A stretch of DNA of 64,000 nt from the human T2T-CHM13v2.0 reference genome, Homo sapiens. The notes below the pieces were generated by a model. The model saw only the letters and a list, made by a program, of their open reading frames with translations. It searched no databases and was not told where the DNA came from. How positions within the stretch are numbered: the first letter of the stretch is position 1; each line of letters begins with the position of its first letter. The DNA is taken from NCBI RefSeq assembly GCF_009914755.1, contig NC_060936.1. One strand, 5' to 3'. The translations under genes were made by a program, and so were the position numbers. Positions 17,245 through 34,413 of the stretch are shown one piece after another.

Positions 17245-18044
17245 TGTCTCTTCACTTTGTTGATTGTTTCTTTTGCTCTGGAGAAGCTGTTTAGCTTGAT
17301 GTGATCCCATTTGTCCATTTTTGCTTTGGTTGCCTGTGCTTCTGCCAGACCAATGTCCTAGACTCAGAGTTTCCCCAATGTTTTCTTTTAGTAGTTTCAC
17401 AGTTTCAGGTCTTAGATTTAAATCTTTAATCCATCTTGATTTTATTTTTTGTATATGGTTGAGAGATAAGGGTCTAGTTTCATTCTTCTGCATATGGATA
17501 TCCAGTTTTGCCATTTATTGAAGAGATTATCCTTTCTCCAATGTATTTTCTTGCCACCTTTGTTGAAAATAAGTTGACTGTGGATATGTGAATTTATTTC
17601 TGGGTTCTACTGGTCTATGTGTCTATTTTTATGGCAATACCATGCTGTTTTGGTTACTATCGTTCTGTAGTATAATTTGAAGTCAGGTAATGTGATTCCT
17701 CCAGTTTTCTTCTTTTTGTTCAGGATGACTTTCGCTATTCTGGCTCTTTAGTGGCTGCATATAAATTGTTTGCATTTTTTATAGAAAAGAAATGACTCTG
17801 AATTAAAAACTATCAAATATACATTTTTAATGTATCCAGCATTGTCAGGCACTTAGGATTAATTATAATTTTAATAGCAACCCCTCTACATTACTTAATT
17901 TTTGTAATCATGGATATAATTCTACTCATTGGTAATAATAAAAAATAACTTCCTCTTGAATTTTACCAGCACATTAGGCAGTTTATTAGTTCTACTTACA
18001 GTTGTCACCATATCAGTTGCTGGTAAAACATTCAGTGCTCTGGT

Positions 18045-18300
18045 TTTTTTATTATAAAGGTAATACGTGTTCAACAACATTCCAGCGATACAAAGGGGCA
18101 GAGATAGAAAATTTTCTTCTGCACTTAGCCTCCCCATTCTGACTCTTCAAAGGTAATAATTACTCCTAAGAAACTATTGTGTATTCTTCAGAAATTTTTC
18201 TATAACTATGTATAATGATCATTCCCTTTTTATTACCCAAATGGAGTCACACTTTAATACCAATTTGCAACTTGCTGACATACATCTGCACATATCAGTC
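18045..18300 (-). mobile_element. L1ME-type 3' fragment
   Basis: TTTTATTATAAAGGTAATACGTGTTCA...TGTGTATTCTTCAGAAA. Confidence 0.5.
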
Positions 18301-18489
18301 TAAATAACTACATGATTATTGCAAAACATCTCTTAATGTTCTTATTTAAAAGACACATTTGGGCTAATTTGGGATCACAGTGATAAAAAATAAGCAAGGA
18401 AGCAAAATAACAAAGTTAATCCCTGCATCTGGTTTTAATAATAAAAGCCACTACTAACTCCACCCTATCACCACCATCTACAATATGCT

Positions 18490-18610
18490 TACTTTGTGCT
18501 GGAGGCTTTATGTATATTATATCAAGTAACTCCCACAAGAATCCCAAGATGTAGGCACTATTATCCTACTTTTACAGATGAAGAAGCTGAAGTTCTGAAA
18601 ATGTTAAGAA
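18490..18610 (-). mobile_element. MIR
   Basis: TTTTACAGATGAAGAAGCTGAAG core. Confidence 0.7.
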
Positions 18611-19322
18611 CTAGAATTAGTGAAAGTTCAATTTCTTAACTTTCTAATCATAGCATGAAAGCTAAAGTTGAAACAAGTTTGAAACACTTATTTATATAAT
18701 GTAAGTATATTCACTTTGAAAGAAAAACATATATTAAGAAATAATAATAGTGAAGGAAAATGTTTAAACATTCTTATAAATGCTATGTGTAAGCTATTTT
18801 GATCTTTTGCCAGAAATACTAAAATCAATCTGTGTTAGACAGAGTTAAGTTCATTCAATATCAAGTCCTTGGAGACTGGTTCTCAAACTCAAGTTTCCTT
18901 TCTGGCAGAAGAAGAACTTCTATAAAAATCCTAAAATATAATGTTCATAAATAAGCCTTAGGATTATTGGCATGTAGAATTTCCATTTTATGTCTTCCTG
19001 AAAAAGATCTACTTACAGACCACAAACATGATCCTTCTTAATTCCTATTGCTAAATAAAATTTGAAAGGTCCACTTGCTCTGTATCAATTAATTTTAGAC
19101 CCATTTTGACTGAAAGAGTGACACTATTATATAAAACTGACTATAAAGTTATAATCTTCTGAATCCCAACAGGACCCTTTTTCTTATTTTCAGAAAGCAT
19201 ATGTTTAGACACTAACTTCCACTTACTGAATCAGTCATAAATGTATTGTTCCACATAGTGTTTATATGCAGAACTAAGATCTCCACCGTGTTTCCCCTTT
19301 CACGAGTTTATTCAACAGGTAC

Positions 19323-19618
19323 TTTTTTTTTTTTTTGAGACAGAATCTCACTCTGTTGCCCAGGCTGGAGTGCAGTGGTGCGATTTTGGCTCACTGCAAC
19401 CTGCAACCTCTGCCTCCTGGGTTCAAGTGATTCTCCTACCTCAGCCTCCCGAGTAGCTGGGATTACAGCCACCCGCCACCACGCCTGGCTAATTTTTGTA
19501 TTTTTAGTAGAGATGGGATTTCACCATGTTGGCCAGGCTGGTCTCGAACTCCTGACCTCTAGTGATCCTTGGCCTCCCAAAGTGTTGGGATTACAGGCAT
19601 GAGCCACTGCGCCTGGCC
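19323..19618 (-). mobile_element. AluS, inserted in an L2 3' end
   Basis: Dimer with small CTGCAAC duplication; flanks read TTTATTCAAC...ACTTATTGAG. Confidence 0.93.
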
Positions 19619-20160
19619 TAACAAATACTTATTGAGTTCTTAAAATGACCAGAGTTTGTGCTAGGTAGTAGACAGAAATACGACTAATACAAACGTTACT
19701 TTCAGGGAGCTTGCAGTCTATAGAACAAATGTATTAAAGAAACGTACATTTAATTAATTTAATCCTCTACCCCAACTTACATGGCGATGGAGAACATAAT
19801 CTTACTGTTCTCTCAAGCTCAAAACTCAACAACTAGAGTATAGCAAACTGTATTTTACTATTAAAAAAACAAAAACCACAGTTATTTCAGAAATTCACAG
19901 TAATGGTAACATTTTATGCTAATTATTTCCTCTGGGATATGAGTTACAATTTTTCTTCAAGTGGAAGTGGGATCTCTTACTAAAGAATTCATTTTGCCAG
20001 TCCCAAATTTAAAATCTAACCAAATAATTGAAACTTTCCACTTGTATAAAGAAGTGCAGTGTTAATCAAGATAACAAGTGGATATTTTGGCATGAGGGAT
20101 TTATAATGGTTTTTAAATCTGAAAGAAATATGAAAGTAAGTAACTATTTTGCCTGTAATT

Positions 20161-20400
20161 CTATTCATTCATTCGGCAAATCTATTATGTGCCAGGCTTC
20201 ATGACAGGTAGCAAAGATATTATCTTGAACATGTTAAGGTCTCTGTCCTCAAAGAGATTGCATCTAGTGAGAAAGCAAGCCTGAAATGCAGGCAATAACA
20301 GAATAATGTAGCACACTTAAAGGGTATTTAACCCAGTCTCTTAGGGAAAGGAAGTAAAGAAGTACTAGAGAAGCCAAAAGATATTTGAGGAAGGGGGGCA
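20161..20400 (-). mobile_element. L2 3' fragment
   Basis: ATTCATTCATTC...TATGTGCCAGGC. Confidence 0.65.
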
Positions 20401-21924
20401 GTTAATGCAAAAGCCTAGAGACACAGTTCATGACTAATAAACACAACTGACAGACTGGATAAGAGAATATAGATGTTTGGACCTTTAAACTCGCTTTAAA
20501 CTCTACATGATGTTTCCTGAAAGAAAAGGCATGATAGCCCATTCTACTAGGAATAGTGACTTGGTTGCTAGAGTTTGGATTATTTTCTCCAGAATTAACA
20601 TGAGAACACACCAGGATTTGTGTCCTGAAGGATACGAATTGCAAAGCAATTCAAACTGATTATCAAACTTTTAAAATCCAACAAAATGTCAAAAATATTA
20701 TATCCATTTCAGAGTCTAATTAGGAAAGATAAAATGGAGAAAAGGAATAATTTATTAAAATTAATATTAAACATCTGTCAAAACCATCATGAGAAAAAGG
20801 ACTATATTCTGTATCAAGAGTTATCTTCCATATGTCCCATACTTATGGGGGGGTTGGAAGAGCAAGATTTTTATATCAAAATATAAAGCTTGTTATATTC
20901 TATGACTTTGGTTTTTTCTAGGAAGGTCATTCTCTGTGCCCTCTTCTTAAAATGGAAAGTAACATTCAATTAACTACTGCAAAGCTAAATAAAAACAAGG
21001 GACATGGAACACAAATACTCCCTTAATTCTGATTATTTCATATATAGATCCATGATAACTTCTGATATAATAGTGGTAAAAACTTAAGATTTGCATAAAG
21101 ATTTGTATATAGCCACTTCCGCCAGGACTCAGAAATGAAACTCTGGTATAACCAAAAACATAAGGTAGAGCATTGGTTATTTGCCTTTTAAGTTTCAAAA
21201 ATAATGACAAGAGAATGATAATATACCATCAATCTTTCCATTCAGTCAGAACTCTGTATCAACAACAACCCCAAAAATATGTGGATATCTTCAATATTTT
21301 GGAGGAAAAATACATCAGGGGTTCAATGATGCATGCTTTCTAGAAAATAATGACAGAAGTCCTAAAATCTGAACTCTCATTTCCTGTCTTCTTTTTTCAC
21401 AATTTATTTATATCTAGAGATGTGAGGATGAGAAACAAAATAGAACCCTCACTATAAAAAGTCAAAGTGACAGATGAGAAAATAAAAGTTAAGATTACAT
21501 TCAAGTCTATAAATAAAATTGTTTCAAAGTTGTTTGCTTAAGTTATATTAGAACAGTGAGGTCTGATAGGTCTTTACGTCTTTTGTCTGTAACAATAGTT
21601 GTGTTTTTATATATGCCAATATAAATATATCTATTGGTGGTAGAAACAAAAGTCCCATTTCTAAGCGAGTTTTAAAATATGCCAGAGCAGCTTTGTATAT
21701 TTTTAGATAGTGTTCAGATTCCTGACCCAAACTACATTATCATAACTCAGGCCTCAGGCACTCTCCAGATGGTTAAGATATGGTGTAAGTGTATGTGCGT
21801 GTCTGGCTGCAGTTGATAGTTGGGCAAAGAGGAAACTATCACAAAGAGGAAGTATACTGAATGGCAGCTCCTTTAGGTTACAAAAGAGGATAGCTGCTAA
21901 TAAAACTTTAAATGTGTTGATTGA

Positions 21925-22080
21925 TAAAAAACGAGAAGAAAAAGAAACCAAGAAAAAAAAATTCAAAAAAAGAGGTAAAGAGGAAAGGGAAAAGAAAAAG
22001 AAAGAAGGAAAGAAGAAAGAGGAGGACAAAAAAAAAAAAAGGTAGAAAGAGCCAGAAAGGGGCAGAAGGTTAAAAAGGCA
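21925..22080. repeat. A/G-rich low-complexity tract
   Basis: Nearly pure purine on the + strand. Confidence 0.85.
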
Positions 22081-22494
22081 ATCTCAGTGAACGATGATCC
22101 TTTGGTTTGACAGTACCCATTTATCTTTATGAGGTTCATAAGTCTGAAACTGCCATAAACTGTGTGAAAATGTGGGACATCTGTTTCCTTTGGTATGAAG
22201 AACAAGAATATGGAATTTATCTCATCTATGCCCAACTGCCACCTACCAAAAGAAAAACAAGTAACACAAAACTCTAGATTATGGCATACACAGGTCTGCA
22301 GTCTCGTTTTATATTAGAAGGCAGAAATTCTAGAACAACATATACTACATATGATTAGTATTTTTAAACAGTGACTAATTACTAGAGAAAATAAATGTAA
22401 TTTGGAATTCAATTCCATTTCCTCTAGAACAAGGTCTGTAATACTTAACCTTTGATTACTGAATTGACTTAGAGAGGGAATGAATGTAAGAGGC

Positions 22495-23010
<516 letters not shown>

Positions 23011-23091
23011 AATATATTATTAGTATTAATAAATAAAAGCATTTTGAAACCTATGAAGGTAAAGTATGATTATCACATTACAAATACATGA

Positions 23092-23387
<296 letters not shown>

Positions 23388-24240
23388 ATATAAATTTGTT
23401 TTTAACACCTATGATACCTATGAATAGGACAGAAAATTAGGAAGTATTTCTAGAGTTTATACTAATTGTTTCTTTCTTAAGAAAGACAGATAGTCTTTAT
23501 GTATTTTCTTCTCCTTATCCACCTCCACCCTTCCCCCAACCCCCACCCACATCCACTTTCCAGCCTTCAGTTTCCATTACATTATTTTTTTGTACTTAAA
23601 TATAAAGCTATCTTTTCTCAGATACTCTTGTTCCACTTTTGTTTTTCATTAATAAGCCTATCCTGAAGCTTCTCTCTTTTCTCAGTCTTTTATTTTTTTA
23701 AAGAATTCACTGTTTTCTAAAAGTACAACTACAGAAATCTTTTTCTTATTTTTGCAGGCCAATGGACATCTCCATGGCACCTATATCTTGTACTTCTTTT
23801 TTATTATGAGGCTATAGCTAGATAAAAATAAATAAAGAAGATTAAATCTTTATTTTGCTGCATTCTTTCCTTAGGATACACAGAAAGAAGCCATGTTACT
23901 GTCCTGCTGTTCATTAAGTCAATTAGCCATTCCCGACTGCGGGATGACATAATTTTCCATAAACAGTCTCTTACGCAATGGTGTGGGTTGGTGGTGTAGA
24001 AGTAGATCACATAATCAACTTAAAGCAGTTCCTTTATTTAAATTAACCATTTGAAATCATGTGAGACCTTATCTCTTAAAAATATAGATACTCGAGTAGC
24101 TATATTAATATCAGATAAAGTGGACTTCAGAGAAAAGAAAATTACCAGCAAGAAAAAGAGACATCACATAGTGATAAAAGAACGAATCTACCAAGGTGAC
24201 ATAGTAATTTTAAATGTACATGCACCAAACAACAGTTTCA

Positions 24241-24261
24241 ACACACACACACACACACACA
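24241..24261. repeat. (CA)10 microsatellite
   Basis: Direct read. Confidence 0.9.
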
Positions 24262-25075
24262 GATAGAGCTAAAAGAGAAAATAGACAAATCTATAGTTAT
24301 GCTTGGGGGCTTGAACACTCCACTCTCAGCAATTGATAGAATTACTAGACAGAAAATTAACAAAGACAAAAGAATTGAACAGTGCTATCAACCAACAGGA
24401 TCTAACTGATATTTAATAAACACTCCTTCCAACAACAGTAGAATATACATTCTTCTCAAGTGCCATGGAATATTCACCAAAATAAAGCAGATTCTGGGTC
24501 AGAAAAGTAACTCCAACAAATCTAAAACAACTAAAAATCATACTGAATATGTCTTCTGATCATAATGAAATCAAACTAGAAATCATTAACAGAAAGACAA
24601 CAGGAAAGTCTTCAAACATTTGGAAATTAACACATTTCTAAACAATGCATGAGTTAAAAAAGAAGTTTCAAAGGAAATAAGAACGATGCATAGATCTGAA
24701 TGGAAGTGAAAATACAGCATATCAAAATTTGTGCAATGCAACTAAAGCAATGCCAAGAGGGAAATGCATACTATTAAATGCTTACATTAGGAGAGAGAAA
24801 TGGCCTCAGATTAATAACCTAAGTTTCTACCATAAGAATCCTAGAACAGGAAGAGCAACATAACCCAAAGTAAGCAGAAAGAAAGAAAAAATAAAGAACA
24901 GAAATCTATTAAATTGAAAACAGGAGAAAACATGAGAAAAATCAATGAAATCAAAACTAGTTATTTGAAAAAAAAATCAATAAAATTTGTAAACCTGCAG
25001 CAAGACTGACAAAAATAAGGACAAAGGTAATTTTTTTTCCTCAAAAAATTAAAAATAGAACTACCATACGATTCA

Positions 25076-25648
<573 letters not shown>

Positions 25649-25858
25649 TCATGACTCAACTTATATAAGCTATCTAAAATAATCTAACTCATAGAAGCAA
25701 AGGTTGCCAGGGCCGAGGGCTAGGGAGAAATGGGGAGTTGCTAATCAACCAGTATAAAATTTCAGCTTTGTAATATGAGTAAGTTCTAGAGATTTGCTGT
25801 ACAACACTGTACCTATAGATAACAATACTGTATTGGATACTGAAAAATTTGTTTCGGA

Positions 25859-26466
<608 letters not shown>

Positions 26467-26812
26467 TCTGTTTCAAGAGTAAATCACATGTTAAATGTTC
26501 TTACCACAATAACATAAAAAAAGAAGAGATAAATCACTAATATCAGAAGTGAGACAGGAGGTAATACAGATCTTGAAGCTATTAAAAGGATAGTAGGGGA
26601 ATACTATGAACAACTTTATGCTCACAAATTTGACAACTTAGAAGAAATTGACCGATTTCTCAATTTCTCTAAAACCACAAACTGATATCTTGAGTAGTTC
26701 TTTAACCATGAAAGACATTGCCTTTGTAATGAAAAGCCTCCTGGAAAAGAATTTCCCAAGCCCAGCTGGCTTCCTTGAAAATTTTTACCAAATATTAAAG
26801 AAGAATTAACAC

Positions 26813-27109
26813 AGCCAGGCATGGTGTCTCACGCCTGTAATCCCAGCACTTTGGAAGGCCGAGCTGGGTGGATCAACTTGAGGTCAGGAGTTCAAGACTA
26901 GTCTGGTCAACATGGTGAAACCCTGTGTCTACTAAAAATACAAAAAATTACCCGGGCGTGGTGGTGGGCACCTGTAATCCTAGCTACTTGGGAGGCTGAG
27001 GAAGAATTGCTTGGACCCAGGAGGCAGAGGCTGCAGTGAGTGGAGATGGTGCCACTGCACTCCAGTCTGGGCGACAGAGTGAGACTTTATCTCAAAAATA
27101 AAACAAAAA
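26813..27109 (+). mobile_element. AluS without visible TSD
   Basis: Full dimer; flanking L1 is discontinuous. Confidence 0.93.
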
Positions 27110-27975
27110 CTATCACTTATAATTACTTTAAGCAAAATAAAATGCTTAGATATAAACTTTAAAAACATGTCTATAAATATTCATGGTGACAATTCCAAAA
27201 TGTTGATTAAAGAAATCTAAGTAAATGAAGAGACATACCATATTCACAGATTGAAAGACTCAACATAGAAAAGACGTCAATTATCCCCAAATTGTATATA
27301 GTTTTAATACAATTCCTATCAAAATCCCAGCACGGATTTTCGTAGACATAGGCAAGCTAAATCTGACGTTTACATGGACAGGCAAAAGAGCTAGAATGAC
27401 TAAACAATCTTGAAAAGGAAGAATATGAGGAATCACTTTACTCAATATTAAGTCTTCCTATGTAGCTACAGTAATCAAGGCAGTTTGTGCTGGTAGAGAG
27501 ATAAAAATATAGGTCTACTGAACAGAATAAAGAAAGAACCCAGAAATAGACATACACGGATATGTCCATCTGATTTATTTACAAAGGTGATTATTTACAA
27601 AGTGATTCAACGGAGAAAAAATTCCTTTTCAACAAATGGTGCTGGAGGAATGGGATGAACATAGGCAAAAAAATAAACCATGACCTAAACCTCTTATCTT
27701 ATACAAAAATTAACTCAAAATCAATTACAGATTTAAATGTAAACATAAAACTATAAAATATTTAGGAAAAAAGTATAGGAGAAAATTTGGGGGATCTAGG
27801 AATAGGCAAAGAATTCTGAGACACCAAAAGCATGACTCAGGGAAAGAAAAAAAAATCAATAAATTGTACCTAATCAAAATTTAAAACCACTGCTCTGCAA
27901 AAGACCCATTAAAAAGATGAAAATGCAAGCTACAGACAGAAAGTATTTGCAAACCACATATCTGACAAAGGACTA

Positions 27976-28346
<371 letters not shown>

Positions 28347-29384
28347 TGGGCAAAAGACATAAAACAGGAATTTCACTAAAGAGGATTTACAAATGGAAAT
28401 GGCAAATAAACATATGAAAAGATGTTCAATTTTGTTAACTATTAGGGAAATGTAAATTAAAGCCACGAGAAAATATTACTACTTACCTATCAGAATGATT
28501 AAAATAAAAAATAATGACAACACCAAATGCTGGTGAGGATATGGAGAAACTGGATTTTTCAGTGCCCAACTACTCTCTTACATGTAGAATGGTACAGCCA
28601 CTCTGGAAAATAGTGTGACAGTTTCTTATAAAACCAAACACATAATTACCATACAACGCAGCAGTTGCATTCCTGGGCATTTGTCCCAGGGAAATGGAGA
28701 ATTATGTTTACATAAAAACTTGTACGAGAATGTTCACAGCAGCTTTATTCCTAATCGCCAAACGCTGGAAACAACCCAGATATTCTTTAATGGATAAAGG
28801 ATTAAACAAACTATAATACATCCATACCATGGAAAATTACTCAACAACAAAAAGGTATTAACTATTGACACACAACTCAGTTAAATCGTCAGAGAATTAC
28901 ACTGGGTGGGAAAAAAATCCACAAAGGTTACATACTGAATGATTTCATTTGTATAACATTCTTGAAATGACAAAATTATAGACATGAAGAACAGATTAGT
29001 GGTTGCCAGGGATTTTGGATAGAGGGTGGTGGAAGGGGGATGGGAGGGAAGTAGCTGTGATAATGTAGCCTCATGATAACACTTCTTCAATCTTGACCAT
29101 TGTGGTGGATATATAAACCGACATGGGAAAATTTCATAGACCTAAATATACACACATGTAAAACTGAGGAAATCTGAACAAGGATGGGGAACTGTATCAA
29201 TATCAATATTCTGGCTGTGATACCATCTTATAGATTTGTATGATCTTATTGTTAAGGGAAATTAGATAAAGGGTACACCCGACCTCTCAGTATTATTTCT
29301 TACAAGTGCGTGTAAATCTACAATTATTTCAAAATAAAAAGTTTAAAAGAAATCCATGTAGCTCATGTACAGTTATATATTCAT

Positions 29385-30051
29385 CATTCACTTCTTTAAG
29401 CATTTATTGAGTTGCTCTTTTGTGTGAAGCATTAGCTTATGTGCTGGTGGGATGCGGGTGGGAAGATGGAAGGTGGGCAATATACAGAGAGATACTGAAC
29501 AGAGACCCCACCTTCACAGATGTCACAATTGTGATTATATGGATGTTTTTGTGATTCTTTAACATATGTGTCCTTCACTAACAGAGGGAAGAGACAGCGA
29601 CTGTTTTAATAACTCTATTTCCAGTACCAAACAGTGTCTGGAACATAGTACCTTTTAGATTAATACCTCCAAATGAATGAATGATTGCATCAATCAATCA
29701 ATAGAAGGGATGATTACCACCAAATGGTTACAATACAGTACAAAAGGTGTTTATGAAAACAGAGGAAGTGGGCTGGGCTTGGTGGCTCAGGCCTGTAATC
29801 CCAGCACTTTGGGAGGCCGAGGTGGGCGGATCACAAGGTCAGGAGCTCGAGACCAGCCTGGCCAATGTGGTGAAACCCTGTCTCTACTAAAAATACAAAA
29901 ATTAGCCAGGCGTGGTGGCCACGCGCCTGTAGTCCCAGCTACTCAGGAGGCTGAGGCAGGAGAATCACTTGAACCTGGGAGGCAGAGGTTGCAGTGAGCC
30001 AAGATCGTGCCACTGCACTGCAGTGTGGTCGACAGAGTGAGACTCCGTCTC

Positions 30052-30086
<35 letters not shown>

Positions 30087-30520
30087 CGGAGCAAATGAAT
30101 AACTAGCCCTGTCTGAGGGAACTGGGGAGGCTTTAAAGATGTGATCTTTTAGTTGTGTCTTACAAGATAGGAGATGGGAAGTGGAGAAAAACCACTCCAA
30201 GCAAAGAGAATAGAACATTCAAATGCACAATGTGATAAGAAAAGCATTGCGTACCCTGGGACCAGCAAAGAGTGTGGTGTGCTGCTTGAGTTTATAGTTC
30301 TTTACTGAGAGAGGCAAAGGATGAAGCTAGAACTGTGGATGCTACAGGAAAGAGATTTGGACTTTCACATGAACAACGTGGTGACACTAGAGTTTTGAAG
30401 CCAGTGAATGATAATCAGATTTGTCACTTATTAAGTTAACTCTAAAGGCAGTGATAGGATTCACAGCAGGGAGAAGAGACAAGCTGAGAAACCAACACAA
30501 GAGTTGGAAGTAAATGAAAA
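29385..30520. mobile_element. L2 fragments (mixed orientation) split by an Alu
   Basis: AAGCATTTATTGAG (-), CAGTGTCTGGAACATAGTA...TGAATGAATGA (+), L2-like purine-rich segment 30080-30520. Confidence 0.55.
29771..30079 (+). mobile_element. AluSg-like
   Basis: Full dimer with long poly-A. Confidence 0.95.
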
Positions 30521-30540
30521 TTCTCCGTTCTTCATCATAC

Positions 30541-30710
<170 letters not shown>

Positions 30711-30784
30711 TAATGGAAGTTAAGTCTTCAAAACTACTCTCCTGAACGGTTTATAACATTGTTATCTTTAAATCTGTGTAATGA

Positions 30785-31098
<314 letters not shown>

Positions 31099-32061
31099 TT
31101 TAGTTGCTCTTTTCTATAGATTCTTCCAATACTTTATAGATTTTAATTTGAAATTCCTCTTTTCCCAACTTTTAAAAGTTTGAAATAATAAACTACTATT
31201 CATATTTCACAAAATCTTGCATGTTGTCAAATTATTAATATCTTAACCACCAAAAAACGATCACTTCCACATACCATTCCTGCTACTGAGGAATTACACT
31301 TATTTCTCTTAAAACACAAAATAACTATTTTAGCAAAAAATTAGATACAGCTTCAGTAACTAAGATATTGATCTCTGGAGAGAATAAACCATATGCCTGA
31401 AATATGGAGAGTGACTAAGTACTTTCCACATATTTCTGTGTATATATACATGTATTTGTTTGTGATAAGATGCAGATACAGTTGAATGTTAACTATAATG
31501 TAACAATAACTTGCCTGTGGACACCCCACCTTCCCTCCCAAGAGCAAAAAAATTTTTAATCAGGTTGGAAAGGGAAGAAAAGTAAAGGTGTTATATAAAA
31601 TTCATTGTAGGCACAGTAAAGTGACTCCTTCTCCCCCTTGTTTTCTTTTGACATCATGTGACAATTTTAAGAGCTCTTTTCTCACAGCAGAGAATAAGGA
31701 ATATGGATTATGAGAAGAAAAATTTTTTATGAAAAGAAAATGGGGTGGAATTTATTGTAGGTAATGCTTTTATGTCATTTTACAAGGAATAAAGACATCT
31801 AAATCATTTTTATAAACCTCATAGATGGTTATTAAATATTATTTTTTGGACTTTCTAATTATAGAAAATGTTAAATAAAAAAGTAACAGAAGAATATAAT
31901 AAACTGCCTCATACCCAGCTTTAACAGTTATCAATTCATGGCCCACGTACTTCCCACAGCACTCCGTTATTTTGAAACAAATCCTAAATAAATCATTTCA
32001 TCTATAAATATTCAGAATGTATGTCTAAAAGATAAGAACCATAAAAAAAAAAAAAAACATT

Positions 32062-32231
32062 GGCCGCACATGGTGGCTCATGCCTGTACTCCCAGTGCTT
32101 TGGGAGGCCAAGGAAGGAGGACTGCTTGAGCACAGGTAGTCAAGGCTGCAGTGAGCCACGATTACACCACTGCACGACAGCCTGGGCAGCAAGTGAGACC
32201 CTGTCTCAAAAGAACAAAAAGAAACAAAAAA
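32062..32231 (+). mobile_element. FRAM-like Alu monomer
   Basis: Single arm including the right-arm insert; TSD AAAAAACATT. Confidence 0.85.
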
Positions 32232-32258
32232 CATTAACTCTACCATTAATATATCTAA

Positions 32259-32565
32259 TTTTTTTTTTTTTTTTGAGACAGAGTCTCACTCTGTTGCCCA
32301 GGCTGGAGTGCAGTGGCGCCATCTCAGCTGACTGCAACCTCTGCTGCCCTGCCCCAGGTTCAAGGTATTCTTGTTCGTCCTCAGCCTCCTGAGTAGCTGG
32401 GAGTACAGGCACCTGCCGCCATGCCTGGCTAATTTTTTGTATTTTTAGTAGAGACAGGGTTTCGCCATGTTGGCTAGACTGGTTTCAAACATCTGACCTC
32501 AAGTGATCCGCCTGCCTCGGCTTCCCAAAGTGCTGGGATTACAGGAGTGAGCCACAGCACCAGCC
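32259..32565 (-). mobile_element. AluS
   Basis: Full dimer. Confidence 0.94.
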
Positions 32566-33004
32566 TAAATTTTTTTTTTTAACCTAAAAATTTAACGATA
32601 ATTTTTTAATGCCATAAAATACAAGGTCAAATTTTCAAATCTCCTAAATGGTCCCATAAATTTCTTTTATTCCATTTTTTTCTATATGAGTCCAAATTAG
32701 GTCCATCTGTCCAAATTTTGTTTTAATGGCAATAATGCAATGCATTTTAAAAATTAAACTTAGAAGTTTTAATAAATAATTAAATCTAATATAAAAACCA
32801 GATTAAGTTGCCCTAGCAGGGCAACGTTGACTATGTGTACTACAAATGTATGGACACATGATCAAGTTAAGTACTTAGGAGAAAAGGAGGGGAGGGTTGA
32901 CTTCATTTTTGCCTTTTATCAAAACACTTCCTTCATTCACAAGTTTTAATATTATTTTTATCAAGGAATTCCACTAAACCATGCTAAAAAAACCCTTCTG
33001 TGTT

Positions 33005-33314
33005 GGCTAGGTGTGGTGGCTAATGCCTGTAATAATCCCAGCACTTTGGGAGGCCTAGGCAGGTGGACTGCCTGAGCCCTGGAGTTGGAGAGCAGCCTGG
33101 GCAATATAGTGAAATCTAATGTCTACAAAAAATTAAAAAATTAACCAGGTGTGGTGGCACACCTTGTAGTTCCAGCTACTTGGGAGGCTGAGGCAGGAGG
33201 ATGGCTTGAGCCCAGGAGGTCAAGGTTGCAGTGAGCTATGATTGTACCACTGCACTACTGCCTGGACAACAGAGTGAGACTCTGTCTCAAAAAACAAAAA
33301 ACAAACCAAAAAAT
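33005..33314 (+). mobile_element. AluJ
   Basis: J-type arms; TSD near CCTTCTGTG. Confidence 0.93.
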
Positions 33315-33910
33315 TAAAACCTTCTGTGATCTCTCATTTTTTTTTTAACATTTTCACTATTTTACTTTGACCAAATACTTTCTCCTTCATTTGAAATTAA
33401 CTTGAAATCACAGGATTTCAGAGTTGGGAGCAATTATGTGGCTTCCTCACCTCAGAGTAGGCAGCTTTGGTATTACTACATTATTGGTGTTTCCAGTGAG
33501 AAAGCTACCACGAGGAAGCAATCTGCTCACAGCTACAGGCTGTGTTCTAATTTGTTAACAGATACTACTATGTAAGTATGATCAGGAAAAGTTTTATTAG
33601 CACAACATGAAATAGCCTTGACTTTGATCCTTTCATAAAGGTTGGTAAAGCTAATATTTCCTTTGACATGTTGAAAATACCTTGTTATACAAGTAATAAA
33701 ATAGTACATTTCATTTAAAATTTGAAACAATAAAGGTTAGAAACGTGTCATCCACAGAAGCATGCAGAAATCAACATAGTTAAAGCCAGACTTTTTACTA
33801 TGCCATGACAAGATAATATAAAATTGTGTACTATCAATAAATAAAACATGCAGTATAAAATATCTCATTGTACTCTGTTTTGGGACATTTGAAACCCCAG
33901 TTAGAAATTA

Positions 33911-34294
<384 letters not shown>

Positions 34295-34413
34295 TTAGGC
34301 TTAAAAAAAAAAACTATCAGTGGTTCCTGCTACATCTATTGGCAAATTCTAGATAGCATTTCATTGTGGAGTAAATTTATTAATCAAAACATAAATTTTT
34401 AATAGAAATTCGT

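Larger units (their letters stand above)
31843..32720 (-). mobile_element. L1MC5-like 3' end, split by two Alus
   Basis: CCCAGCTTTAACAGTTATCAATTCATGGCC...TTATTTTGAAACAAATCC. Confidence 0.65.
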
